A stretch of 64,000 bases of DNA, taken from NCBI GenBank assembly GCA_014896235.1, contig JADBKU010000018.1, positions 13,986-77,985 on the forward strand, in the 5' to 3' direction. The DNA comes from a bacterium. Its GTDB lineage: Bacteria; Desulfobacterota; Binatia; Binatales; Binataceae. Made by a program: the position numbers and the translations under genes. Positions 1-9,880 of this stretch are shown here, one piece after another (the first letter of the stretch is position 1; the number at the start of each line of letters is the position of its first letter). The notes beneath the pieces were generated by a model, which worked only from the letters and a program-made list of their open reading frames with translations, searched no databases and had not been told where the DNA came from.

Positions 1-134
1 CATCGCGTGGCATGGAAACAGGGCGCGCTGCGGCTGGTGAAGGCTCTCATGTAGCCGGCGCGGCTGTGCATGCGGGCGGCGCGCCGCGCGATTGACGCGC
101 GCCGGTTCTGATTCAAGGCTGAGGAGGTTCGGCG

Positions 135-2084
135 ATGACGACCAAAGTGGCGCTGTTTTGCGGCGGACGAGGCAGCGCGACGATAATCCGTGAATTTCTG
201 CGGATGCCGGAAGTCGAACTGGCGCTGCTGGTCAACGCTTATGACGACGGACTGTCCACCGGAGCGCTGCGCGACTTCATTCCGGGGATGCTCGGTCCGT
301 CGGATTTTCGTAAAAATTTTTCGTATCTGCTCGACCCGCACTCGAAAAATCAGTACGCGCTCAAAACGCTGATCGAATACCGCCTGCCGATGACCTTCAG
401 CGCCGACGCCGCCGCGCGCATCCGCGACTTCGCTGAAACCGGCGCCCGCGACGGCATCGACCCGAAGATCGGCGAATTACTGGCGGCGCTCGATCCGCGC
501 ACGACCGTCGAAGTGCGCGGCCTGTTGAAGCAGTTTTTCGACTATGCCGCGGCGGGCGGACGTTCCTTCGATTTCCGCGATTGCGCGCTCGGCAACCTGC
601 TCTTCGCCGGCGCCTACCTGCGCCAGGGCCGCAACTTCAACGCCGCGGGCGAAGCGATGAGCCGGCTGGTAAGCTCGCGCGCCGTGCTGGTCAACGTCAG
701 CAACGGCGAAAACCGGATCTTGATGGCGCTCAAGGCCGACGGCGCGCTGCTCGCGCACGAGGCCGAAATCGTCGGCCCGCAGTCGCCGGCGCCGATTACC
801 GGCCTATATTTTCTGCCGCAGCAGATTCCTGCGGAAGAACTCATGGCGCTGGACGGCCTCAGCCTCGAGCGCAAGCGCGAATGGCTTGCCGAGCGCGATT
901 CGCCCCCGCAGCTTTCCGAGGAAGCGCGCCGCTTTCTGCGCGACGCCGACGCGATCGTTTACGGCCCCGGCACGCAGCATTCCTCGCTCCTGCCCAGTTA
1001 CCGAATCGCCGCGCCGGCGCTCAAATCCTCCCGCGCGCGCATCAAGGCGTTGATCGTCAATCTCGCGCCCGATCACGATATTCAGAATTTCACCGCGAGC
1101 GGCCTTGCCGACGTGATGCTCGAATACGCGGGCGATCCGGAAAACGAGGCGCGCATCGTCACCCACATCCTGATTCAGCATCCGCGCCGCCGCGGTTCCG
1201 GCCCCTCGCTCGATCCGGGGGCGCTCGAGGGACGCACGGCCTGGCGCGGCGCCATCGTCGTGCCCGGCTCGTTCCGCAACGAGATTCTTCCGCAAGTCCA
1301 CAACGGACGGGCGGTCGCGGGCGCGGTCGTCAACCTGCTCGAGCACGACGGCGCTCGCGAACAGCGTCCGTCGCTCGAAATTTTCTACGATCTCGCGCAG
1401 CGCCCGGCCGCCGGTCCGGCCCTCGTCGAAGAATTTCTCGAATTCGATTGGTGCGAACATTTTCGCCGCGTGGTGCTGCGCGTGCATGGCGCCGAACTGC
1501 CCGAGCTGCCGCCCCTGCCCGACCATCTTGCGATCGAGCGCTGGGGCGACGCCGGCGGCCGTTTCCCCGAAATCGGCATCGCCGCGGACTGGCTGCGCGC
1601 GGGCGGCGCCGACTATCTCGCGACCATCACCGGCGACGGCGAATACCGCTTGCGCGACATCGCCTTCGGCGTCAAAGTGCTCGAACAAAGCTCGTTCGGC
1701 GCCGTTTACGGCTCGCGCACGCAGAGCCGCCGGCAGTTCCGCCACTCCTTGCGTTCCGTTTACGGCGAAAAGGGCCTCGCCTACTTCGCCAGCTTCGCCG
1801 GCGCGTTTCTGCTGAGCGTCGCCTTCGCCGCCGGTTTCGGCGTGATCTTTTCCGATCCGCTGACCGGCTTCCGCATCTACCGCCGCCGCCGGATGGCCGG
1901 GATCGAGCAGGCGCTCGGCCGCGCGCGCCGCTCCGCCACGCCGACGACGATCACGCGGATGCTGGTGCGCAACCACGTCGAAATCGCCGAACTGCCGGTG
2001 CAATATCGGACCTTCGCCGGCTTTACCGATCCGCGCACGCGGCTCAAGCGCGGCATGAGCAACCTGCTCGGCCTGTTGCGATGA
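135..2084 (+). CDS. CofD/YvcK-family (2-phospho-L-lactate transferase-like, UPF0052) domain protein with a C-terminal GT2-like half-domain and one TM segment
   Basis: N-terminus VALFCGGRGSATI...VNAYDDGLSTGALRD matches the CofD/YvcK family signature (GG.G..K, VN.ADDG..SG.LR). The C-terminal roughly 250 aa carry GT2-like motifs (ATITGDGEY, FGAVYGSR, SDPLTGFRIYRRR resembling D.QSGFK.YRR) plus a hydrophobic segment. GAGGAGG sits 7 nt upstream of the ATG at 135. The stop overlaps the next start (ATGA). Confidence 0.6.
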   Translation: MTTKVALFCGGRGSATIIREFLRMPEVELALLVNAYDDGLSTGALRDFIPGMLGPSDFRKNFSYLLDPHSKNQYALKTLIEYRLPMTFSADAAARIRDFAETGARDGIDPKIGELLAALDPRTTVEVRGLLKQFFDYAAAGGRSFDFRDCALGNLLFAGAYLRQGRNFNAAGEAMSRLVSSRAVLVNVSNGENRILMALKADGALLAHEAEIVGPQSPAPITGLYFLPQQIPAEELMALDGLSLERKREWLAERDSPPQLSEEARRFLRDADAIVYGPGTQHSSLLPSYRIAAPALKSSRARIKALIVNLAPDHDIQNFTASGLADVMLEYAGDPENEARIVTHILIQHPRRRGSGPSLDPGALEGRTAWRGAIVVPGSFRNEILPQVHNGRAVAGAVVNLLEHDGAREQRPSLEIFYDLAQRPAAGPALVEEFLEFDWCEHFRRVVLRVHGAELPELPPLPDHLAIERWGDAGGRFPEIGIAADWLRAGGADYLATITGDGEYRLRDIAFGVKVLEQSSFGAVYGSRTQSRRQFRHSLRSVYGEKGLAYFASFAGAFLLSVAFAAGFGVIFSDPLTGFRIYRRRRMAGIEQALGRARRSATPTTITRMLVRNHVEIAELPVQYRTFAGFTDPRTRLKRGMSNLLGLLR

Positions 2085-2779
2085 CCGCCGCGCCCGCGTC
2101 GCCGCTCGCGGCGCGCAATTTTTTGTTCGATTTCGACGGCACCCTGGCCGATTCCGCCCCGCTCCACGCCGACGCTTTTCGCGCCGCGCTCGCGGTCGAG
2201 GCGCCCGCCGCGCTCGCCGGCTTCGATTACGAACCGCTCAAGGGATTGAACACGCGCGAGGCGTTCGAGCGGCTCGGCGTCGCCGGAGCGGAACGGCTGT
2301 CGCGATGCGTGGCGCGCAAGCGCGCCGCCTATCGCGACGCGGTGCGCGCCGGAGGTCTGCGCGCGTTCAGGGGCGCGCACGAATTGCTCGCCACGCTCCG
2401 CCGCGCCGGCGCGCGCAGCTACCTCGTCACCTCAGGCAGCTCCGCCTCGATCGCGCTCGCGCTTGAGCGGCTGGATCTCGCGTGCGCCTTCGCTGGAATT
2501 GTCGCCAGCGACGACGCCGCGCGCGGCAAGCCCGCTCCCGATCCTTATCTGGAATGCATGCGCCGCCATGCGCTCGACGCCGCCGGCTCCGTCGCGGTCG
2601 AAGACGCGCCGTCGGGCGTCGAATCGGCGCGCGCCGCCGGCCTCCGCGTGATCGGCGTGCACAATCCCATCGTCGCGCCGCTCGCCGATCGCTATTTTCC
2701 GACCCTGGACACGCTCGCCGCGGCGATCGCGGACGAACGCGCGCGACCGGCGCTGGCGCCCGGACCGCGCTATGCTTGA
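2081..2779 (+). CDS. HAD-IA family hydrolase (phosphatase, beta-phosphoglucomutase/phosphoglycolate phosphatase-like)
   Basis: FLFDFDGTLADS motif I, LVTSGS motif II, GKP, and EDAPSGVESARAAG motif III. Start overlaps the upstream stop by 4 nt. Confidence 0.7.
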   Translation: MTAAPASPLAARNFLFDFDGTLADSAPLHADAFRAALAVEAPAALAGFDYEPLKGLNTREAFERLGVAGAERLSRCVARKRAAYRDAVRAGGLRAFRGAHELLATLRRAGARSYLVTSGSSASIALALERLDLACAFAGIVASDDAARGKPAPDPYLECMRRHALDAAGSVAVEDAPSGVESARAAGLRVIGVHNPIVAPLADRYFPTLDTLAAAIADERARPALAPGPRYA

Positions 2780-3548
2780 CGCGATGAAGCTCTGCGCGCT
2801 CGTGCCCGCCGCCGGCCGCGGTTCGCGGCTCGGCCTGGATCGGCCGAAGATTCTCGCGGAAGTCGCGCCGGGCGTGACGATCCTGAGCGTCCTCAGCGGC
2901 AAGCTTCTGGCGATCGCCGACCATCTGAACATTATCGTCGCGCCCGACGCCGCCGATCTGATCGCCGCCGCGATCCGCTCCGGCCCCGGCGCGGATCGCG
3001 TCTCGACCGCGCTTCAGCCGGAGCCGCTCGGGATGGGCGACGCGATCTTTCGCGGCTACGACCGCTGGGCGTCAGCCGGCGCGATCATGGTCGTGTGGGG
3101 CGATCAGGTCTTCGTTTCCGCGGCGACCCTCGCCGCCGCCCGCGACGCCCATCGCGGCGCTCCGCGCACCGTCGTGATCCCCGTCGTGCCGCTCGCCGAA
3201 CCGTACGTCGAGTACGTCTTCGACGCGGGCCGCCTCGTCGCGGTCCGCCAGACCCGCGAGGGCGATCGCTGCGCGCCCGGCGGACTCGGCGACGTCGGCG
3301 CGTTCGTGCTCTCGGTCGCCGGATTGCGCGATGCGTGGCTGGAATACTCGGCTCTCGCGGCGCGCGGCGGCGCCACCGGCGAGATCAATTTCCTGCCGTT
3401 CCTGCCCTGGCTCGCCGCGCACGGATGGACCGTCACGCCGCTGCCGATCGGCGACCCGCGCGAGGCGCGCGGCGTCAACACGCCCGCCGACCTCGAATTT
3501 TTCCGCGCCGAATTTTCCCGCGCCCCGGTTGCGAAAACCGGACGCTGA
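2772..3548 (+). CDS. Nucleotidyltransferase (MobA/IspD/sugar-phosphate NTP-transferase fold)
   Basis: N-terminal LCALVPAAGRGSRLG matches the (L)xxAAGxGxR(L/M) NTP-binding loop of GT-A-fold nucleotidyltransferases. Overlaps the upstream gene by 8 nt. Confidence 0.55.
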   Translation: MLDAMKLCALVPAAGRGSRLGLDRPKILAEVAPGVTILSVLSGKLLAIADHLNIIVAPDAADLIAAAIRSGPGADRVSTALQPEPLGMGDAIFRGYDRWASAGAIMVVWGDQVFVSAATLAAARDAHRGAPRTVVIPVVPLAEPYVEYVFDAGRLVAVRQTREGDRCAPGGLGDVGAFVLSVAGLRDAWLEYSALAARGGATGEINFLPFLPWLAAHGWTVTPLPIGDPREARGVNTPADLEFFRAEFSRAPVAKTGR

Positions 3549-3573
3549 TCCCAAACGAGGACGAATCAATCCG

Positions 3574-4479
3574 ATGAGCGAAACCCTGTTGGTAACCGGC
3601 GGCGCCGGTTTTATCGGCAGCCATCTGTGCGAACTGCTGCTCGCCCGCGGCTATCGCGTGCGCGCCCTCGACAATCTGATTTACGGCCGCCGCGAATGGG
3701 TTCCGCGCGCCGCCGAATTCATCGAGGCCGACATCACCGACGTATCCGCCTGCCGCCGCGCGGCCAGCGGATGCGCGGGCGTGTTCCACATGGCCGCGAT
3801 GTCGCGCGCGGCGCCGTCGCTCGAAGCGATCGACGAATGCACGCGAAACAATATCGTCGGCACGCAGAACGTCCTGATCGCCGCGCGCGAGGCCGGCGTG
3901 CGCAAAGTCGTTTACAGCGGCTCTTCGACCTACTACGGCAACCAGCCAGGCCCGCATCGCGAATCGATGCGTCCCCAGTTCCTCAATTTCTACGCGCTGA
4001 GCAAGTACGCGGGCGAGGAGTACTGCCTGCTCTTCGATCGCGCGCTGGGCCTGCCCGCGATCGTCCTGCGCTACTTCAACGTTTACGGCCCGCGCCAGCC
4101 CGAACAGGGCGCCTACGCCCTTGTGCTGGGCGCGTTCCTGCGCCGATGGCGCGACGGAAAGACGCTTGAAATCCACGGCGACGGCTCGCAGCGCCGCGAT
4201 TTCATCCATGTTCGCGATATCGCCGAGGCGAACCTCGCCGCGTATCTGAGCCCCGCCCGCGGCTTCGCGCTCAACGTCGGCAGCGGCGAAAACATCTCGG
4301 TCAAAGAGCTTGCCGACATGATTTCGCCCGACCAGGTCCACGCGCCGCGCCGCGCCGGCGACGCCGAGGTCACCCTTGCGGATATTTCGCTGATCAAGGC
4401 GACGCTCGGATGGCGGCCGCGGGTGAGCTTCGCCGACGGCCTTGCCGAATTGAAACAGGCGATTCGCGCGGCCGGATGA
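3574..4479 (+). CDS. NAD-dependent epimerase/dehydratase (UDP-glucose 4-epimerase family SDR)
   Basis: LVTGGAGFIGSHL Rossmann motif, YALSKYAGE (YxxxK) catalytic motif, length 301 aa. Confidence 0.8.
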   Translation: MSETLLVTGGAGFIGSHLCELLLARGYRVRALDNLIYGRREWVPRAAEFIEADITDVSACRRAASGCAGVFHMAAMSRAAPSLEAIDECTRNNIVGTQNVLIAAREAGVRKVVYSGSSTYYGNQPGPHRESMRPQFLNFYALSKYAGEEYCLLFDRALGLPAIVLRYFNVYGPRQPEQGAYALVLGAFLRRWRDGKTLEIHGDGSQRRDFIHVRDIAEANLAAYLSPARGFALNVGSGENISVKELADMISPDQVHAPRRAGDAEVTLADISLIKATLGWRPRVSFADGLAELKQAIRAAG

Positions 4480-4504
4480 TCCGTTCGGCCTGGACGCTGC
4501 GGCG

Positions 4505-4789
4505 CTATTCGTCGTCCAGACCTTGCGCAGCCGGATCGGAGCTGAAATCGGAACCGCTGCTCGAGCGGAAAAAGCCGTCGTCAGGCGCATTGCGGGCGAT
4601 CCCAACGCAGAATGGATTATCGCTCCGTTCCGCGGCGCTCCAGCTCGGCGCCCGGTTCAGGAGCACGCCCGCGAGCGTCGCCGCCGCGATCGCGATCAGC
4701 ATCGCCGCGCCCACGCCGGGCGCTGACGCCGTGCGCCGCATTCGTTTCAGGCCACGCTTGCCGTGCGAACCGGAATTTGTGGACGCCAT
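4505..4789 (-). CDS. Hypothetical small membrane protein
   Basis: 94-aa ORF with one hydrophobic helix (AAMLIAIAAATLAGVLL). AAGGA-like RBS about 10 nt upstream. No recognisable family. Confidence 0.3.
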   Translation of the reverse strand: MASTNSGSHGKRGLKRMRRTASAPGVGAAMLIAIAAATLAGVLLNRAPSWSAAERSDNPFCVGIARNAPDDGFFRSSSGSDFSSDPAAQGLDDE

Positions 4790-4853
4790 CGCCTGATGTC
4801 CTTCGCAAGCCGAATTTTTTCAATCCCTCTTTGACGCCCCGGCTTCCGGCGCG

Positions 4854-5897
4854 TCATCGCCGCGGCTTGACTTCGAACGCCTCGGCCAGCAATTCGTACG
4901 ACCTCCGGCGCGCCTGATGGTCATGCACGATCGTCACCACCATCACCTCATCCACGCGCAGCTCCTCCGCCATCGCGAGGATTCCCGACCGCACCCGTTC
5001 GGGCGCGCCGGCGAAATATCTTGGCCATTCGCCGCTGTCGAAATCGCGCGGTTCCGGCGCCGGCCCAAGTTCGGCGATCGCTTCTTCGGGCGTCGGGATG
5101 GGCCGCACGTCGCCCTGCCGGATGCGGCGGCGGAACAGCCGCGCGCTCATCAGCAGCCGTTCGGCTTCCGCGTCGGTATCGGCGCAGACCGCGCCCAGCG
5201 CCAGAATCGTATAGGGATGCGCCAGGCGCGCCGACGGCGCGAAATGGCGCTGATAATGCTCGATCGCCGTGCGCGTCGAGCGCTGATCGATAAAATGGGC
5301 GAACGCATACGGCAATCCCAACTGCGCCGCCGCCGCTCCGCTCCACGGACTCGAACCCAGCAGCCAAAGCTCCGGACCGCCGGGAGTCGCCGGAGAAATC
5401 GCGATGCGGCTGAACGGATGCTCGGGCGGAAAACCGTCGCCGAGCCACGCCGCCAGCTCAACCAGTTGCTGGCCGAAATCGTCCGGCATCGGACCGCGCG
5501 TGCGCTCGCGCCGCAGCGCCAGCGTATCGAGCGGCGTGCCGCCGGGCGCGCGGCCCACGCCCAGATCGATCCGTCCGGGGTAGAGCGCGTGCAGCACGCG
5601 AAAGACCTCGGCCGTCTTGAATGGACTGTAATGCGGCAGCATCACGCCGCCCGAACCGACCCGGATGGTTTTCGTCTCGGCGGCGACGCGCGCGATCAGC
5701 ACTTCCGGCGCGGGACTGGCCAGCGCCGCGATCGCGTGATGCTCCGCGATCCAGTAGCGCTCGTAGCCGAGTTCGTCGGCCAGCCGCGCCAGATCGATCG
5801 TGTTGCGAAACGCGTCGGCCGGCGTGAGTCCCGCCGGCACCGGCGACTGATCGATGACCGATAGCTTCACGCCCCGCCCTGCCTCATACCATTTCAT
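4854..5897 (-). CDS. LLM-class (luciferase-like) flavin-dependent oxidoreductase
   Basis: YERYWIAEHH, GSGGVMLPHYSPFKTAE and GRIDLGVGRAPGG are typical of the bacterial luciferase-like monooxygenase family. 347 aa. Confidence 0.75.
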   Translation of the reverse strand: MKWYEAGRGVKLSVIDQSPVPAGLTPADAFRNTIDLARLADELGYERYWIAEHHAIAALASPAPEVLIARVAAETKTIRVGSGGVMLPHYSPFKTAEVFRVLHALYPGRIDLGVGRAPGGTPLDTLALRRERTRGPMPDDFGQQLVELAAWLGDGFPPEHPFSRIAISPATPGGPELWLLGSSPWSGAAAAQLGLPYAFAHFIDQRSTRTAIEHYQRHFAPSARLAHPYTILALGAVCADTDAEAERLLMSARLFRRRIRQGDVRPIPTPEEAIAELGPAPEPRDFDSGEWPRYFAGAPERVRSGILAMAEELRVDEVMVVTIVHDHQARRRSYELLAEAFEVKPRR

Positions 5898-5929
5898 CAG
5901 AATCGCCGCCGATCGAAAAGCGCCGCGCC

Positions 5930-8900
5930 TTATTCGGAGCGAAGCGCGCAGGCGCGGGTCGGCGGTTCGCTTCCGCCAGGCTGGCTCGCGGCGATCTTCG
6001 CGGGCGATACGATCAGCCGCTCCGGATCGATCCGCGTCTTCAAATAGGTGCGCACCGCTTCCGCCCGCGCCCGCCCCAGTCCGGGCAAATCGGCGGCGGA
6101 TACTTTCATGTTGGCGACCAGCAGCTTTTCCATCTCGGCCGGCGGCAGCGATTTCGCCATCCCGAGAAAATCGCGCGGCTTGTCGGGAATATCCGCCGCC
6201 TTGTACACCTGCTTGAGATACTTGTCGTATTCGCCGGTCGTAATCTGGAGATCGTCGAGGTTCACGTTCTCCTGTCCACTATCCTCGGCCTTGCGCTTGC
6301 GCACCAGGTAATCGACCTTGGCCTCGCACAGTCCCGGTTGGTCCAGCGACGGATCGACCACGCCGGTGATGTTGAGCTTCAAGGCGGAGCGCTGTTTGAG
6401 CGCCGCCGCTACCTCGTCGAGTTTCTTGCGATCGTCCGCGTTCAGCCGCGCGAAGCCCGGCTTGAACCCCACGTACGACAAGCCCTCGGCGCTGCCGCCG
6501 CCCGGCAGCGCCGAGGCCAGCAGTTTGAAGGGCGAGGTGATCGCCTTCATGATCAGGTTCTTGAAGGCGTACCAGATGACGCTGCCGAGGCTGAATTGCG
6601 GATTGTTGAGCGACCCCGAAACGGGAATGTTCAGATCGATCCGGCCCTGCGAATCCTTCAAGATCGCAACCGCCAGCCGCACCGGCAAATTGTAAACGCT
6701 CGGCTGCGGAACCTTGTCGCCAAAAGTGAGCTGATCGATCCGGATATGGTTCTGCGCGGTCAGATTGCGCTGGTCGAGCAGGTAATGCACATCGACGGTC
6801 AGCGTGCCCTGGGTAATTGGATAGCCCGTGTATTTGGCCGAATATGCGGAAAGGTCGGGCAGTTCGATGCCATTGGCCTTGGCGGTGATATCCAGATACG
6901 CCATCGGCGCCAGCGGGCTAACCGCGCCACTGATGCTGATCGGGGCGTTGCGGTTGACCATTCCGTTCAATGACACGTCCGCGGGCTTGGTCGAATCCGT
7001 GCCAAACTCGCCGATTTTGCCGGTCAAATCGGTCAAGTCCGCTGAATAGTTCGGCCGAATGAAGTTGTCGGTGTAGTTCGCTTCCCCGCCAGCCAGCACG
7101 ATCTCGCCAATCCTGATGTCGGCCGGCAGCGGCTTCGGCGGCGCGGCAGGCGCCTGCTGACCGGCGCCCGCCGCTTGCGGCGCCGGCGCGGGGGGCGGAC
7201 TCGGCGCGGGCGCAGCCACGGTTCCGTGCGCGCGCGTCAGCGAAGTCGGCGCCGCCTGCGGATTCGCCATGATATCGCTCAGGTTGAGCTTGCCGTCGCG
7301 ATTCAGAATGACGCGCGCGTAAAAGTCGTCGAAGGCGATCGCGCCCAGATGAATGCGCGGCTTTCCTTCGCCCATCGCAAAATCGATTCGCTCGAACCTG
7401 AGCGCGCGCCAGCGCGCGAACAGATCGCGCGTCAGCTTGTCGAGCATCCGCACGTCGCCGAGCGTCACGTCGCCGCGATAACTGATCCGCATCGCGCGCC
7501 GCTCCTGCGCGACGCGCACCGCGCCGCTGCTGCTGAGCATCGCGCGCGCGACAACCGCATTCATCCGCGCCGCCAGCACGGCGTTGGCCGGAGTCAGATC
7601 GAGGCGCCGCGTCACAACCCGCAAATTCGCCTTGAGCGGCTTGACCGCGGCGTCGCCCGTGATTTTGAGCGTGCCGCGCCGGTTGACGGTCGCGCCGATC
7701 GCAACGCCGAACGGTTTGGCGAAATTGCTGGTGACGTCTTTCAGATCGATATTGAGCGGCGCGATCGTCGCCCGCAATTCCGGCCGCTCGGTTTCGTCGC
7801 GCAGGGTGATCGCGGTTTTGTCGAACGCGACCGTCTTTATCTGGAATTGCCATTGCGGCGCTTTCGCCGTTGGCATGGCGGGCTTCCTTGCCGCGCGCCG
7901 CCGCTCCGGACGGCGCGGCGCGCGTGCGCGGCGCGGATGCGGACGGCCCCGGCGCGCTACGTGCGATTCGCTTTGCGTCGATTTGAGCAGCGACTCGAGG
8001 TTCAACCGGCCGCGCCGATCGCGAACGACCTCGACGCTGATTCCGTCCGTGCTCAGGCGATCGACGGTCGCCTGATGGGCCTGCAGGTCGGCCATCGCAA
8101 GTTGCGCGCCGATGCTCGTCCATCGGATCGGCTGCTGGCCGCGCTCTGGAAGCTGGATTTCAAAGCCGTCGAGCGACGCCTGCGCAGGCTCGACGTGAAG
8201 GTTGAACTTGCCCGGCGCATAGTCCGCTTTGACATTGGCGCTGGCGTTGACTTTGCCGGCCGCGATTTTGCCCGCAAGGATCGACTGCGCGAATCCCTGT
8301 AAGGCGGGAACGTCGATCTGCGACAGCGTTAGCTGGGTCGTCGCCGCGGAGCCTGCCAAATCCAGCGCGCCCTTTGCCGCGATCGCGCCGCCGCCGCTCA
8401 GCGTTGCGCCAAAGCTGTAGGGAATCGGCGCGCCAGCGCCGAGATGAAAATCGCTGACGTGCGCCGCGATCGATTGCATCGCGGTATTGACCGGCGCCGG
8501 CATCTGATTGTCCTGCAGGTTCACAGCGCCGTTGGTCACGTCGATCGAAACGACCTGCAAATCAAGCGCGGCTTTGCCTGGAGCGGCTGGCGCTCCGGCT
8601 TGAGCAGGCGGCGCGGGGGCGCCAGATGGCGCCGCGGGCGCGGCCTGGACCAGGGATGGATTTGACGTGACGGGACTGGCGCCGACCGCCACAGCCGGAG
8701 CACGCATGGCAGCTCCCGGGGGCGGCGCCGGACTCGAGGTGGCGCCAGATGGCGCCGCTGGCGCAGGCGTGAACCCGACGCCGGCCGCCGGCGGCGTCGA
8801 TTGCGGCGGCGCTTCGCTCGAAGACGCCAGTCGCGAAAAATTCGTCGTTCCATCGGCGTTGAGCGTCAAACTGGCCTTTAAGCCATCCAATTTAATCGCC

Positions 8901-9880
8901 GCCAGGTGCACATAATTGTGGAGCGGCTCGACGTTGTTAAGCACCACCAGCAGTCGATTGAATCCGACCAGCGGCTGGCCGGATTGATCGCGTACGTCGA
9001 GCTGATCGAGCCGCACCCTGCCCCCGATTCGAATTTGCGGGCCTTGGGTCGCTTGAACAAAATGAATCAGCAAATAGGTCGATAACGCGCCATGCGGCAT
9101 CGTGATCGGCAATTTGCGCGGAACATAGGCAAGATACTTCGAGATTTCGAGCGAACGCAGGTTTAGAACAAGTTCAGACTCCGGCTCGGCGCCGAACGGC
9201 CGCGCCGTGCCCGCCATCGCCAGCTTGCTTCCATCGACGACCATCGCCACATACGGCTTGACGTAAACCTTCACATACGCGGGAAGATTCGCGATAAACG
9301 GCACGTCGATCCGGAGATTCTGAACCGTATGGCGCTGGCCGAGCACCTGGTCGTCAAAATTGATAGCGCCGCCGCTGATTTGAATATTCGAAACCGAGAA
9401 ATGGAACGGCTTGCTCGGTGGCGAGGCCGCCGACGCGGGCTTGGGCGGCGGGATCAAATCCGAAAAATTGAAGGTGTTCGGCGCGGTTCGGACGATATTT
9501 ATCGTCGGATTCGTTATCGCGACCTCCTCAACGACCGGGGCGAGGCGCCACAGCGAATTCCAGGAGGCCTCGACGCCCAAGTGACCGATTTCAACGAAGG
9601 CGCCGCCGCCACTGCGCCTGGCGACCGCGAGCTTGTCGATTTCCAGGCGCAGACTGTACGGATTGAACGCGATTTCGCCCACGCCGACTTGCCGCTTGAG
9701 GCTTTTCGCGACCGATCCGGTCAGTACATGCCGCAGGATTGCGGGAACGCCGAAAAAGCCAAAGCCGGTATAAATCACCAGCGCGGCGACGATTCCGATC
9801 GTCCATCGGCGAACGCGCCGCGATTCAGGCAATCGTTTCGCTTTTTCGCTCGCGCGCCGGAAGATTTCTCGTAATGCCAC
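5930..9880 (-). CDS. AsmA-family/DUF748-type giant envelope protein (outer-membrane biogenesis, TamB/AsmA-like)
   Basis: 1316 aa. N-terminal TM anchor (WTIGIVAALVIYTGFGFFGVPAIL), long beta-rich body, several Pro/Ala-rich low-complexity linkers, C-terminal conserved block. The architecture is typical of the AsmA/DUF748 family. Confidence 0.55.
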   Translation of the reverse strand: MALREIFRRASEKAKRLPESRRVRRWTIGIVAALVIYTGFGFFGVPAILRHVLTGSVAKSLKRQVGVGEIAFNPYSLRLEIDKLAVARRSGGGAFVEIGHLGVEASWNSLWRLAPVVEEVAITNPTINIVRTAPNTFNFSDLIPPPKPASAASPPSKPFHFSVSNIQISGGAINFDDQVLGQRHTVQNLRIDVPFIANLPAYVKVYVKPYVAMVVDGSKLAMAGTARPFGAEPESELVLNLRSLEISKYLAYVPRKLPITMPHGALSTYLLIHFVQATQGPQIRIGGRVRLDQLDVRDQSGQPLVGFNRLLVVLNNVEPLHNYVHLAAIKLDGLKASLTLNADGTTNFSRLASSSEAPPQSTPPAAGVGFTPAPAAPSGATSSPAPPPGAAMRAPAVAVGASPVTSNPSLVQAAPAAPSGAPAPPAQAGAPAAPGKAALDLQVVSIDVTNGAVNLQDNQMPAPVNTAMQSIAAHVSDFHLGAGAPIPYSFGATLSGGGAIAAKGALDLAGSAATTQLTLSQIDVPALQGFAQSILAGKIAAGKVNASANVKADYAPGKFNLHVEPAQASLDGFEIQLPERGQQPIRWTSIGAQLAMADLQAHQATVDRLSTDGISVEVVRDRRGRLNLESLLKSTQSESHVARRGRPHPRRARAPRRPERRRAARKPAMPTAKAPQWQFQIKTVAFDKTAITLRDETERPELRATIAPLNIDLKDVTSNFAKPFGVAIGATVNRRGTLKITGDAAVKPLKANLRVVTRRLDLTPANAVLAARMNAVVARAMLSSSGAVRVAQERRAMRISYRGDVTLGDVRMLDKLTRDLFARWRALRFERIDFAMGEGKPRIHLGAIAFDDFYARVILNRDGKLNLSDIMANPQAAPTSLTRAHGTVAAPAPSPPPAPAPQAAGAGQQAPAAPPKPLPADIRIGEIVLAGGEANYTDNFIRPNYSADLTDLTGKIGEFGTDSTKPADVSLNGMVNRNAPISISGAVSPLAPMAYLDITAKANGIELPDLSAYSAKYTGYPITQGTLTVDVHYLLDQRNLTAQNHIRIDQLTFGDKVPQPSVYNLPVRLAVAILKDSQGRIDLNIPVSGSLNNPQFSLGSVIWYAFKNLIMKAITSPFKLLASALPGGGSAEGLSYVGFKPGFARLNADDRKKLDEVAAALKQRSALKLNITGVVDPSLDQPGLCEAKVDYLVRKRKAEDSGQENVNLDDLQITTGEYDKYLKQVYKAADIPDKPRDFLGMAKSLPPAEMEKLLVANMKVSAADLPGLGRARAEAVRTYLKTRIDPERLIVSPAKIAASQPGGSEPPTRACALRSE

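Noticed and set aside
804-2003. 399-aa minus-strand ORF antisense to the CofD-like gene
   Set aside because: Low-complexity Gly/Ala/Arg composition, no motifs. Typical antisense ORF in 68% GC DNA.
581-2779. 732-aa plus-strand ORF, extremely Arg/Ala/Pro-rich
   Set aside because: It is the +1 frame of the CofD-like gene. Only its last about 233 aa (from 2081, MTAAPASPLAARNFLFDFDGT...) are real, as a HAD hydrolase. The remainder is high-GC frame artefact.
6918-8302. Several 370-400-aa Arg-rich ORFs inside the asmA-like gene (both strands)
   Set aside because: Alternative frames of a large real gene. Arg-rich composition and no domain signatures.
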